DNA of 64,000 nt from an uncultured Candidatus Saccharibacteria bacterium (GCA_964357615.1 CAYHMC010000004.1:25722-89721); one strand, 5' to 3'. Positions 1 through 8,667 are shown, numbered from the stretch's first letter. Program-made: numbers and translations. The notes: generated by a model from the letters alone, not told the origin.

Positions 1-371
1 TCCACCAAGCCCTCCGCAAGCATAATCTGCGCAATACCATAAATAACCCAGCTTTTCCCCGTGCCAGTCGCAAGGTCAACCGATGCGGATTTTCTCCCAC
101 TCAATGGAAACTTTGCAAGATATGCATTCACGTCAGAGTATTTTGCTCTAATTTTCTCGTTGCTTTCATAGTGTTCATGCGCCAATACATCGATAATTGA
201 ATATCGTGTAGAAACCAGAAATCGTACACTTTCACGAATAGCCTCGCGCACATGGGCAAATTTTTCAGTCGTTATTGCGTCCAAAAAAGCATCGTACTTG
301 CGCACAATAGATTCCGTCTCAGCGCTTACATCTTTTACTTTTAAAACAAAATCATTGTTTTTGTATTCCAT
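1..371 (-). CDS. res: Type III restriction enzyme Res subunit, N-terminal part (runs off window)
   Basis: Manual translation from ATG at 371: MEYKNNDFVLKV...SASVDLATGTGKSWVIYG. Contains an SF2 helicase Walker A motif and lies 5 nt downstream of mod. Confidence 0.85.
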   Translation of the reverse strand, partial: MEYKNNDFVLKVKDVSAETESIVRKYDAFLDAITTEKFAHVREAIRESVRFLVSTRYSIIDVLAHEHYESNEKIRAKYSDVNAYLAKFPLSGRKSASVDLATGTGKSWVIYGIAQIMLAEGLV

Positions 372-376
372 AGTGT

Positions 377-2686
377 TTATTTAAAATTATCCTTGCGCTT
401 AATGACTTTGTATTCATTACCGTATTTATCCATATAAATAATCATCATTGCTTTCCCAGTAAATTCTTCTGCAGGAATCCTGATATCGGCCTTGGTCTGA
501 TCTGAGTTCACTATTTTATCTGACCAATAGACCTTATCAAGATCAAAAATTTGTGTTTTTTCGTTATAATCAACATCCACCATCACCATAGAAAGTGTCT
601 CGTAATTTTTAAACTCCTCAGGATCATAAGCGAGGGTATTAGATCTAAACTCGGTAATATCCACCATAAATTCTTTTTTTGTCTGCTTGTATTTTGCTTT
701 CACAACCGGCTGTGAAATAAAATCAAAACCTACCGCATCAATCACCTCATTGACATCCGCTTCAGTCATTGGTTGTTTAAGTGCGCCTGGCTGCTTCTTT
801 TGAATTAAGGCGATAAGAATAGATAGCGGAACTTTCAAAAAAACATAAGTTGTATCTCCACGCTTCACCTCATCGTGCATAAAACGCATCGCCACAATCG
901 GCGCAACAACATAAAATCTATCTCCACCTCTACCACCTAGGACTTTGTGCAAATCATCTACATATCCTTCGTCTATTTCTAGCTTCTTGTTCGCTGGATA
1001 GTTCCAAATAAATGTGGAATGCGTGCTGATATAGCCATCAGCGTCAAAAGCTTTTATTTTGTGCGGTGAAATACGCACATCGAAAAGTTGTGCCACAAAT
1101 GGTTTGTATTGTTCCCAATCCATTTTTAGAATTGCTTCATTGTCATACATTCCGGCAGAATAAAGCTTAAAATGCTTTGCCTTGAGCGGTTTTGATTCCT
1201 CCGTTTTTTCCTTAGGCGCAACAAACGAGATTAGAAACTTCACTCGTCCAACCTTTACCACCTTTTGCCCAGCGCTTGCGCCATCATCACCAGCGTCTTC
1301 GTTATCTACTACCTTTAATTTCTTAACCTGGAATTTTTCTTCCGGACAAACAAGAGAAAAACTCTCTTCACCACGCCCAGCTAAATAATCTCCAATAAAT
1401 TTTCCAAATGAAATAAGAAATCCATCATTAATGACAAGATCGCCCGACCGTGCTTTCTCATAGATCAAAAGTAACCCACGGGTGTTTGATTTGGAGTGTT
1501 CTTCGAAATCCACTACACGCTCATAATCTCTTTTGTCATCTTTGTGCGCTGATCCAATTTGTGTTGTAAGATTAAGTAATCTTTTTTGCGAAGTATAAAT
1601 AGAAAGTTTTCCGCAATCCATGCCTATCCATTTATATCCTAATTTCTCAGCGGCAATCTGAGTCACACCACTACCCATAAATGCATCGAGAACAATGCCA
1701 TTTTTTTGACCAGATATTTTAATAATTCTTGCTAATAGACCTTCCGGCTTCTGTGTCGGATAAACAATAGACTCACTAGACCAACTTCCAATTGTTGCAA
1801 CTTCTTTATCATCCCAAATACTTTGAGGAAGTAATCCGCCCATCTCGTCAGAAAACTGCTTCAACCTAGGAAAACCGTTTCTTGTAACAAATATCTTACC
1901 CTCTAGGTTCATTTTATTAAGCTCTTCAATCGAATATCCCCAACCCCTTTTTCCACTCGGGAGTACGCCCATAAATTTGAAGTAATTCTTTGCCGACCGA
2001 GACGGCACAGTCAAATCGCCAGATTTAAATCTTCGTCCGTCAACATTTTCATATCTATAGTATCTCTTTAGATAATCAGAGCTGTAATCAATTTTGAAAT
2101 CATTCCAAATATAGTTTTCAGATTTTGTGTAGAAAAAAATAGTTTGATGAATATTTCCATAATTGTTTGCATTACTATGCGCCGATGTAGTCTTCCAAAC
2201 TATTTCTCTTTTAAAATTATGTTCACCGAATACTTCATCAAGTATAGCCTTAATATAATGTCCTTTTTTCGAATCAAGATGAACATAAATTGATCCATCA
2301 TCCGCTAGTACTTCGCGCATTAAAATTAGACGCTTGCGTAAAAACTCAATAAACTCTGCGCCAATAACTTTATCGCGATATGCTTTCTCGCGATCTTTCA
2401 TAAAATCCTGCTTAGTCGCAAAGGGTGGATCTATGTAAATGAGTTTTATTTTATTTTTTGTGCCAAGTTTATTTTCCTTTCGCTGGTCATCATAAATAGT
2501 TTTGAGTGCGTAAAGATTATCGCCAAAAATAATCATGTTCGCCCATTTATCGTCGAATTTATTATCAGTATTATATTCTCTCATCTCTTGCAACGGAGCC
2601 GCCGGAGTTTCAGCAATCACACGCGCCTCTGGCGTTTTCCCTTTGTAGACCAGTTTGTAGTCCTTGGTCGCCTCCACATAATCCAC
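377..2686 (-). CDS. mod: Type III R-M Mod subunit, N6-adenine DNA methyltransferase (beta class); true start probably 2787 across a frameshift
   Basis: IYIDPPF catalytic motif precedes YPTQKPE and the DAFMGSG SAM-binding motif; adjacent to res. Confidence 0.92.
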   Translation of the reverse strand: MDYVEATKDYKLVYKGKTPEARVIAETPAAPLQEMREYNTDNKFDDKWANMIIFGDNLYALKTIYDDQRKENKLGTKNKIKLIYIDPPFATKQDFMKDREKAYRDKVIGAEFIEFLRKRLILMREVLADDGSIYVHLDSKKGHYIKAILDEVFGEHNFKREIVWKTTSAHSNANNYGNIHQTIFFYTKSENYIWNDFKIDYSSDYLKRYYRYENVDGRRFKSGDLTVPSRSAKNYFKFMGVLPSGKRGWGYSIEELNKMNLEGKIFVTRNGFPRLKQFSDEMGGLLPQSIWDDKEVATIGSWSSESIVYPTQKPEGLLARIIKISGQKNGIVLDAFMGSGVTQIAAEKLGYKWIGMDCGKLSIYTSQKRLLNLTTQIGSAHKDDKRDYERVVDFEEHSKSNTRGLLLIYEKARSGDLVINDGFLISFGKFIGDYLAGRGEESFSLVCPEEKFQVKKLKVVDNEDAGDDGASAGQKVVKVGRVKFLISFVAPKEKTEESKPLKAKHFKLYSAGMYDNEAILKMDWEQYKPFVAQLFDVRISPHKIKAFDADGYISTHSTFIWNYPANKKLEIDEGYVDDLHKVLGGRGGDRFYVVAPIVAMRFMHDEVKRGDTTYVFLKVPLSILIALIQKKQPGALKQPMTEADVNEVIDAVGFDFISQPVVKAKYKQTKKEFMVDITEFRSNTLAYDPEEFKNYETLSMVMVDVDYNEKTQIFDLDKVYWSDKIVNSDQTKADIRIPAEEFTGKAMMIIYMDKYGNEYKVIKRKDNFK

Positions 2687-2857
2687 CGCGTCACCATCAA
2701 AAAGCTTCGCTTGATATGAAGTGGATAAGTCCCTACCCTCTGATAAGGACTTTATAATTTTTTTCGGTCATCATCTGATAGTCTCACTATATTTTTGCTA
2801 ATTTTATCCAATAAATATATTTTCCCATTTTTTACCAAAAAACAAAAGCTTTCGAAA

Positions 2858-3412
2858 TTACTGCTTAACTAATTTTACCCTAAACTCCTCTAATTTTTTA
2901 ATACAATCATTTGCTTGTTTTGGAGTGTATGCAATGTGTTCTTGAAAATCAGCAGATTTGAGATGCACTAAATTACGGGCTTTCCGAAGCTCGTGGCAGA
3001 AATGCCACATGCTTTCATCTATAAACTTATATTCATGATAGGCTATTCCCAAAAGCACAGTAAAATCTGTTCTATCCCCCATTTCCAACCCATCTTTCTG
3101 TTTTGCAGTTGTTATGAGGTCAAATAAAGATGCTTCAATTATTCCCCCAACAGTTACAATTATATCTTTGCAGAGCAGTGATTCAACTGTTAGATAAATT
3201 TGATAGTCGTTATATAAATGAACCATAAACTCTAAATATTGCATTTGGTATGCGATATTTTCCCGCACTGTTTTATCTTCTATAAATTTCCACTCGTCTT
3301 TATAAAAATTAGCCGGTTTTGGGTGCCGGTCTTTTACAAAAAGTTCTTTTTTATCAGAATTATCTTTGCGCCTGTTTTCCTCTTCTAAAATTGATTTTCT
3401 TAGGAGTTCCAT
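2858..3412 (-). CDS. Hypothetical protein, possible HEPN-like RNase
   Basis: 184 aa, helical-looking; RKARNLVH (Rx6H / RNxxH) near the C-terminus; directly upstream of the R-M genes. Confidence 0.5.
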   Translation of the reverse strand: MELLRKSILEEENRRKDNSDKKELFVKDRHPKPANFYKDEWKFIEDKTVRENIAYQMQYLEFMVHLYNDYQIYLTVESLLCKDIIVTVGGIIEASLFDLITTAKQKDGLEMGDRTDFTVLLGIAYHEYKFIDESMWHFCHELRKARNLVHLKSADFQEHIAYTPKQANDCIKKLEEFRVKLVKQ

Positions 3413-3483
3413 ACAAGTATTTTCAGAATAATTGTACTATGAAATATGCTTGATTTTGCCCATTTTAGTTATCCACATCCCAG

Positions 3484-3513
3484 TTGACTTTTAACAAATA
3501 TTTGATATACAAT
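3484..3513 (+). promoter_or_regulatory. sigma70-type promoter driving a short RNA toward the NYN 3' end
   Basis: TTGACT-18nt-TACAAT with no downstream + strand ORF. Confidence 0.5.
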
Positions 3514-3530
3514 AATTGGGTATAACCACA

Positions 3531-3573
3531 AAAAGGCTCCCTTAAGGTTCCGTCCTTAAGGGGCCCTTTTTAT
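3531..3573. terminator. Bidirectional hairpin terminator abutting the NYN stop codon
   Basis: AAAAGGCTCCCTTAAGG-TTCCGT-CCTTAAGGGGCCCTTTT. Confidence 0.7.
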
Positions 3574-4067
3574 TTATTGGGTACGTATTCTAGTTTTCTC
3601 TTTAAAGAACTTATAAAAGAAATGTATTTTAGATGTTCATCGTTAACTTTTTTTAATAGTGCTGAATACTTAAATTCATTTGGTACCAAAAGTTGCTCAA
3701 GTTTATCTTTTGACTTCAAATAATCAATAAGTGAGTAGTAGTCGCCATCCCCACTTACTATTACTGCTTTATCGTAATTAGGATATTCGATCATTGCTCT
3801 AAGAACCAAATCAGCGTCACAGTTACCTTTTGTGGTGCCATCTTTATAGGTTAATACTGGTTTAAAAATAAGAATATAATCTTGCTGTTGAAATTTTGTA
3901 TACATAGCTTGATTTTCGGGCATGTATCCTATTGCAAGATAAGCTTTTTTAACATTATATTTTTCTCTTAAATATCTCCTAAACTTCAAATAATCGAGGG
4001 GCCAACCAAGATTTTTCATGGACTGATACAGATTATTGCTGTCTATAAATGCGGCATTATTATTCAT
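3570..4067 (-). CDS. NYN domain (LabA/DUF88, PIN-like) ribonuclease
   Basis: Acidic motifs FIDSNNL, KGNCDADL, VSGDGDY. Confidence 0.9.
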   Translation of the reverse strand: MNNNAAFIDSNNLYQSMKNLGWPLDYLKFRRYLREKYNVKKAYLAIGYMPENQAMYTKFQQQDYILIFKPVLTYKDGTTKGNCDADLVLRAMIEYPNYDKAVIVSGDGDYYSLIDYLKSKDKLEQLLVPNEFKYSALLKKVNDEHLKYISFISSLKRKLEYVPNK

Positions 4068-4183
4068 ATAAATATATTGTAATATAAATCATAAATTAAC
4101 AATCCCCTGCTCTTTCTAAGATTTTCCAAAACCTTCCCCCCTTAAGTTATCCACAGAAACGCCATTTGACTATATACACCCAC

Positions 4184-4204
4184 TTAGTGTACTATTGACA
4201 ATAA
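4184..4204. promoter_or_regulatory. Putative NrtR operator 1, overlapping the nrtR -35 box
   Basis: 21-bp imperfect palindrome TTAGTGT-N7-ACAATAA; same motif recurs twice upstream of prs. Confidence 0.7.
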
Positions 4205-4223
4205 GATATACATAGACTATAAT
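4195..4223 (+). promoter_or_regulatory. Consensus sigma70 promoter of nrtR
   Basis: TTGACA-17nt-TATAAT, 12 nt before the ATG. Confidence 0.85.
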
Positions 4224-4235
4224 GACATTATAAAT

Positions 4236-4937
4236 ATGAAAAAGATAACTAAAACTAAAGAACCACAGATTCACTTTGCAGCCTTGGCTGCTGACACTGC
4301 TCTATTTACCCTAGAAAACAATGAGCTTTTAGTAAGGTTAATTAGAGTTAATCGGCCACCACACATTAAAGACGCCATTGGCCTCCCTGGCGGGCTATTA
4401 CTCCCCAAGGAAACGGCAGATGAGGCGGCGCTTAGGCACTTAGAATCGAAAACTGATGTGTCGAATAAAGGTGTTTATATTGAACAGCTCTATACCTTTA
4501 GTGATATAAATAGAGACCCCAGAAACCGAGTTGTGGCAGTAGCGTACATGGCACTTATTCCATGGAAAGAACTTAGCGAGAATGAACAACTTGGAAACAT
4601 TACAAAATCTTGGTGGGTCCCAGTAAAAAAACTTCCGAAGCTTGCTTATGACCACAATAAAATTATGGAAGTTGCACTCCGTCGCCTTGCATCAAAAATT
4701 GGCTATACAACAATTATAAAAAAATTACTTCCAAGGGAATTTACTTTAATAGAACTTGAACACGCCTACGAAACAATTCTAGGAGAAAAAATTGATCGCA
4801 GAAATTTTAGAAAGAAAATTAAAAAGTTAAAGCTTGTAGTGTCCTTAGACAAAAAAATTCGCGGATTCAAGTGGCGCCCGGCAATGCTTTATTCTTTTAA
4901 ATCAAACAAAGTCGAACATACCCCGAACATAACTTAA
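4236..4937 (+). CDS. nrtR: NrtR, Nudix-related transcriptional regulator (Nudix + wHTH)
   Basis: LPGG..ETADEAALR Nudix box, EQLYTF..RDPR, LAYDH, C-terminal FTL.EL...YE..DRRNFRKK; upstream of prs-nadV. Confidence 0.92.
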   Translation: MKKITKTKEPQIHFAALAADTALFTLENNELLVRLIRVNRPPHIKDAIGLPGGLLLPKETADEAALRHLESKTDVSNKGVYIEQLYTFSDINRDPRNRVVAVAYMALIPWKELSENEQLGNITKSWWVPVKKLPKLAYDHNKIMEVALRRLASKIGYTTIIKKLLPREFTLIELEHAYETILGEKIDRRNFRKKIKKLKLVVSLDKKIRGFKWRPAMLYSFKSNKVEHTPNIT

Positions 4938-5008
4938 AAAGTTATGGACGGGGCAAGTGAATATTTTATAATTAACCAAAATTAATACCTATATTTTTTT
5001 GATATTAG

Positions 5009-5029
5009 TTTATGTATATACTACACTAA
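5009..5029. promoter_or_regulatory. Putative NrtR operator 2
   Basis: TTTATGT-N7-ACACTAA. Confidence 0.65.
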
Positions 5030-5060
5030 GAAATCTATTATATTATTTTTTTATCATTAG

Positions 5061-5081
5061 TTAGTGTAATTTATACATTAA
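5061..5081. promoter_or_regulatory. Putative NrtR operator 3
   Basis: TTAGTGT-N7-ACATTAA. Confidence 0.7.
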
Positions 5082-5185
5082 TACATGGGCCGTGACGATT
5101 GCGGATTTAACAAATAATTCCGCAGTCGCCTTGGCCTTAAACCCCAAGGATGTACCTTGAAAACTCAAAACGGAGGAAAAGGAAA

Positions 5186-6043
5186 ATGGAAAAAAATACA
5201 GCAGTAGTAAATCTTGACCCAGCATTTAGCCCATACGGCGAATCTGATTTTAAGGTAAAGGTATTCCCCTTCCCCAGCAAAGTTGAGATGGGTGTAAAAA
5301 TTGATATCCCAGAAATTACCCCAGTTACTATTACAACAAGACTTAAATCTTCGGACGACATTATGACTTTGCTTAATGCTACTGATGCACTGCGCCAAGC
5401 TGGCATTAAGGAAATTAGCTTGTTTATGCCATTTGTCCCCTATGCAAGACAAGACCGCGTTATGGTTCCGGGTGAAGCACTTTCGATTAAAGTTTTTGCA
5501 AAACTCATTAATACACAAGGTTACGACAGAGTTACCATTTTTGACCCGCACTCGGATGTTACGCCGGCCTTGATTGATAATGCGTACGTCATAAACAATC
5601 ACGAGTTTGTGAAGCTCGCGCTTAAAGATATGGAAAATTACATTATTATTTCTCCCGATAGCGGAGCATTTAAAAAAGTATTCAAAGTTTGCCAAGCGAT
5701 TGGTTATAACGAACGCGTGGCACTCTGCAATAAAGTAAGAACGCTTGCAAACGGAAATATTGAACATTTGTCTTTTGATGTTCAAAGCTTTGAGGGAAAA
5801 GACGCTGTGATTATTGATGACATTTGCGACGGTGGTGCAACTTTTATTGCACTTGCTACCGAACTTAAAAAGCGCGATGCAGGAAAAGTACACCTTATTG
5901 TTTCGCACGGAATTTTTTCGCGCGGAGTAAATAATCTATTAAATAGTGGGGTTGATACCATAACCACTACAGACAGCTTCAAAGATATTGGGGCTTTCGA
6001 AAATGTACGCCAAATCAAATTAGCCGAAATTATTAAGAAGTAA
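5186..6043 (+). CDS. prs: Ribose-phosphate pyrophosphokinase family protein (possibly ADPR pyrophosphokinase, Adps-like)
   Basis: PFVPYARQDR, DPHS, SPDSGA, IIDDICDGGATF; GGAGG upstream of ATG 5186. Confidence 0.88.
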   Translation: MEKNTAVVNLDPAFSPYGESDFKVKVFPFPSKVEMGVKIDIPEITPVTITTRLKSSDDIMTLLNATDALRQAGIKEISLFMPFVPYARQDRVMVPGEALSIKVFAKLINTQGYDRVTIFDPHSDVTPALIDNAYVINNHEFVKLALKDMENYIIISPDSGAFKKVFKVCQAIGYNERVALCNKVRTLANGNIEHLSFDVQSFEGKDAVIIDDICDGGATFIALATELKKRDAGKVHLIVSHGIFSRGVNNLLNSGVDTITTTDSFKDIGAFENVRQIKLAEIIKK

Positions 6044-6064
6044 AGGAAGAGGGAGGAAACGAAA

Positions 6065-7606
6065 ATGAACACAGACAGATTCACAAAAATTGCAGATCCA
6101 GCGCAAAGAGAAGCGGCGCTCGTAAAAGAGCTTTCGCGACTCTATGATGTTATGTTGCCCACTCAACTTAATCCCTTACTCGCCCTTGATGTTTATAAAA
6201 TGGGCCATATGGAGCAATACGCTCCGGGATGTAGCAAAGTTTTTAGCTATTTACTTGCAAGGTCTTCGAATAAGTATCAGCTGACTGTTTTTAACGGATT
6301 GCAATATTACCTTGATACTTATCTTTCGACTCCACTTCACCCTGAAATGGGAAGAGAATTTTTGGATTATCGCGAAGAAATTTTGGGCATGCCTAATCCG
6401 CAAATTGTAAAAGACCGAATTTATAAGCTTTGTGACCTTGGATATTTTCCGATTGAGATTTGTGCAGTTCCTGAAGGCACTATTATGCCAACCAAAAATG
6501 TTCTTATGACCACCGTAAACACCAAACCAGATTTTTTCTGGGTTCCAGGGTTTTTGGAAAGTTTATTGCTTAAAGTTTGGGACCCAATTACCACGGGCTC
6601 GTGCTCGTTTGTATATAGGAAAATGATTGAGGATATATTTAAGGAAACGGTTTCGGAAGAACTTATGTTTTTGAAACCAATTATGGTGCATGATTTTGGC
6701 TACCGTGGTTGTAAGTCGGAAGAAGAAGCTTGTATTACCGGATTGTCGCACCTTATTTCGTTTACGGGGAGTGATACTGTTCCCGCTCTGCCATTTGCAA
6801 GAAAAAGATATGGCGCCGAAAAAGGCAAAGTAGTTATGGTTTCTGTTCCGGCTTCCGAGCATGCAGTAATGTGTTCGTTCGGCCGAGATAATGAGCTTGG
6901 CGGATTCTTTAATATGTTGGATCTTTACCCCACCGGTATTGTTAGCATTGTTTCTGACACCTATAGCATTTATCGAGTGCTCACTGAATTTGCTTCTAAG
7001 TTGAAGAGCAAGATATTGGCCCGTCCGGAAGGAAGCAAAGTTGTCTTTAGGCCTGATAGCGGAAATCCTGAATATATTATTTGCGGAGATCCAAACGCCA
7101 CCCAAGGTAGCAACGAATGGAAGGGTGCAATTAGATTACTCGATGAAATGTTCGGCTCGACAGTTAATAGCAAGGGTTATAAAGAATTAAATCCTAAAGT
7201 TGGACTAATTTACGGAGACGGAATGTATATTGAAAGATATGCGAAAATTTTAGAGCGCTTAAAGGAAATGGGTTATGCGGCAAGTAACCTTGTTATTGGT
7301 GTTGGCGGAATTCTTAGAAATCACAGCCGTGATACGCTTGGATTTGCTCTAAAGGCAACCTATGTTGAAGTTAATGGCGAAGCTCGCGAGATTGAAAAAG
7401 ATCCGGTTACTGATTCGAAAAAGAAAAGCCATAAGGGATTAGTTGCGCTAAGGCGTACACCTGAAGGCGAATATTACACCGTAGACCAATGCACTTCGGA
7501 AGAAGCAGAGAATACGCTACTTCTGCCGGTTTATCGCGACGGACAGGTGATTAAAAGATATACTCTGCAAGAAATGAGAGCATGCGTAAATGAATATTTT
7601 AAGTAA
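6065..7606 (+). CDS. nadV: Nicotinamide phosphoribosyltransferase family (NadV/Nampt; possibly Namat-like)
   Basis: DVYKMGH, HDFGYRG, PASEH, SIVSDTY, RPDSG, LIYGDG, KDPVTD..KKS.KG. Confidence 0.92.
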   Translation: MNTDRFTKIADPAQREAALVKELSRLYDVMLPTQLNPLLALDVYKMGHMEQYAPGCSKVFSYLLARSSNKYQLTVFNGLQYYLDTYLSTPLHPEMGREFLDYREEILGMPNPQIVKDRIYKLCDLGYFPIEICAVPEGTIMPTKNVLMTTVNTKPDFFWVPGFLESLLLKVWDPITTGSCSFVYRKMIEDIFKETVSEELMFLKPIMVHDFGYRGCKSEEEACITGLSHLISFTGSDTVPALPFARKRYGAEKGKVVMVSVPASEHAVMCSFGRDNELGGFFNMLDLYPTGIVSIVSDTYSIYRVLTEFASKLKSKILARPEGSKVVFRPDSGNPEYIICGDPNATQGSNEWKGAIRLLDEMFGSTVNSKGYKELNPKVGLIYGDGMYIERYAKILERLKEMGYAASNLVIGVGGILRNHSRDTLGFALKATYVEVNGEAREIEKDPVTDSKKKSHKGLVALRRTPEGEYYTVDQCTSEEAENTLLLPVYRDGQVIKRYTLQEMRACVNEYFK

Positions 7607-7616
7607 TTATAAGCAA

Positions 7617-7655
7617 ATCCCCTCGCCCGATTATTCGGATGAGGGGACTTTTTAT
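7617..7655. terminator. Intrinsic terminator after nadV
   Basis: TCCCCTCG..CCGA-TTAT-TCGG..TGAGGGGA followed by TTTTT. Confidence 0.75.
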
Positions 7656-7658
7656 TAA

Positions 7659-7730
7659 CTATCGTTTCTTTCCTTTCTTTACTGTTTTCTTTTTAGCTGT
7701 TTTCTTTGCTTTTGTTTTCTTTTTTGCCAT
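7659..7730 (-). CDS. 23-aa lysine-rich basic micro-protein
   Basis: Manual translation MAKKKTKAKKTAKKKTVKKGKKR*; below the ORF-track size cutoff. Confidence 0.65.
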   Translation of the reverse strand: MAKKKTKAKKTAKKKTVKKGKKR

Positions 7731-7959
7731 AAATATATTGAAGTTCTTAAACTCGATTTGTATGTCGACCTTTAGTATGGTTTTTCGTAAGTTGTTTAAA
7801 AATACTTATACGAATTTTATTTGATTTTTTAAAATTATTTAACTTTTAAATTGACTCTCGATATATAAAGTATACTACAAATCATAATTTTATAATTGTG
7901 TATAAATAAAAATAAAAAATCAGGCAAATGCCTGATGCTTTTTTGATTAATTTATATAA

Positions 7960-8574
7960 TTAATCGATTGACCTACCTCGAATTTTTCTTCGGTCATCTA
8001 TTGTCATTTCGCGCTCAATCATACCAGATTCCATTACATAACCACCAATTTCAACTCGCTGTAACCCGCTATCGTGAATTGCCGCGGCATCAGAAAGTGT
8101 CATCCACTTTCGAATACCATCTATAACCATAAGATAATAAGGAAAATTATTATCAGCTTTTTCTTCTCTAACAGTCCAAACAGGATTTGGGAGCCAATGC
8201 GCTGAAGCAATGGGCACAGTGGCGATTTCTCCAAAAAATAAATCAGGGAGACCATTCATCATATTTAGCTCTCCACCCAAAGCAGTGCCAAAAGCATCAT
8301 TAAACGCATCTCCACGAGTTACATAAAAAAAGTGGAGCTTTACGATGCTTCCTGAAACAGCAGGATGCAAGCCAAGCTCAACAAGGCCTTTATGTTCATC
8401 GTCCCCTCTTCGCCTCGAAATCAAAGCGAGACCACCAACATCTTCTGCGTGTAACTTTCCGCCAGAATCTAGATGATTACTCATCAAAATCCATGCCCTC
8501 TTGCAGGCAAATTCGATTTCTTTTAAAAGATTTGGTGCAATTGGATTGCAAATTCCCATCACGACAAAAGGCAT
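7960..8574 (-). CDS. Hypothetical protein (orphan cassette)
   Basis: 204-aa ORF with GAGG SD, TTGATA-17-TATAAA promoter and downstream hairpin. Confidence 0.65.
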   Translation of the reverse strand: MPFVVMGICNPIAPNLLKEIEFACKRAWILMSNHLDSGGKLHAEDVGGLALISRRRGDDEHKGLVELGLHPAVSGSIVKLHFFYVTRGDAFNDAFGTALGGELNMMNGLPDLFFGEIATVPIASAHWLPNPVWTVREEKADNNFPYYLMVIDGIRKWMTLSDAAAIHDSGLQRVEIGGYVMESGMIEREMTIDDRRKIRGRSID

Positions 8575-8667
8575 GCTCTACCTCACGAACACTCAAGAAA
8601 CTGGTGTTTTTATACTAAAAAACGAAGAAAATATCAAGACCAACAAAATCCATTTAAAATACCTATA

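Noticed and set aside
5165-5908. Long antisense ORFs (247 aa here; also 6563-7105 and 45988-46635)
   Set aside because: Shadows of well-supported genes on the opposite strand, with no recognisable motifs.
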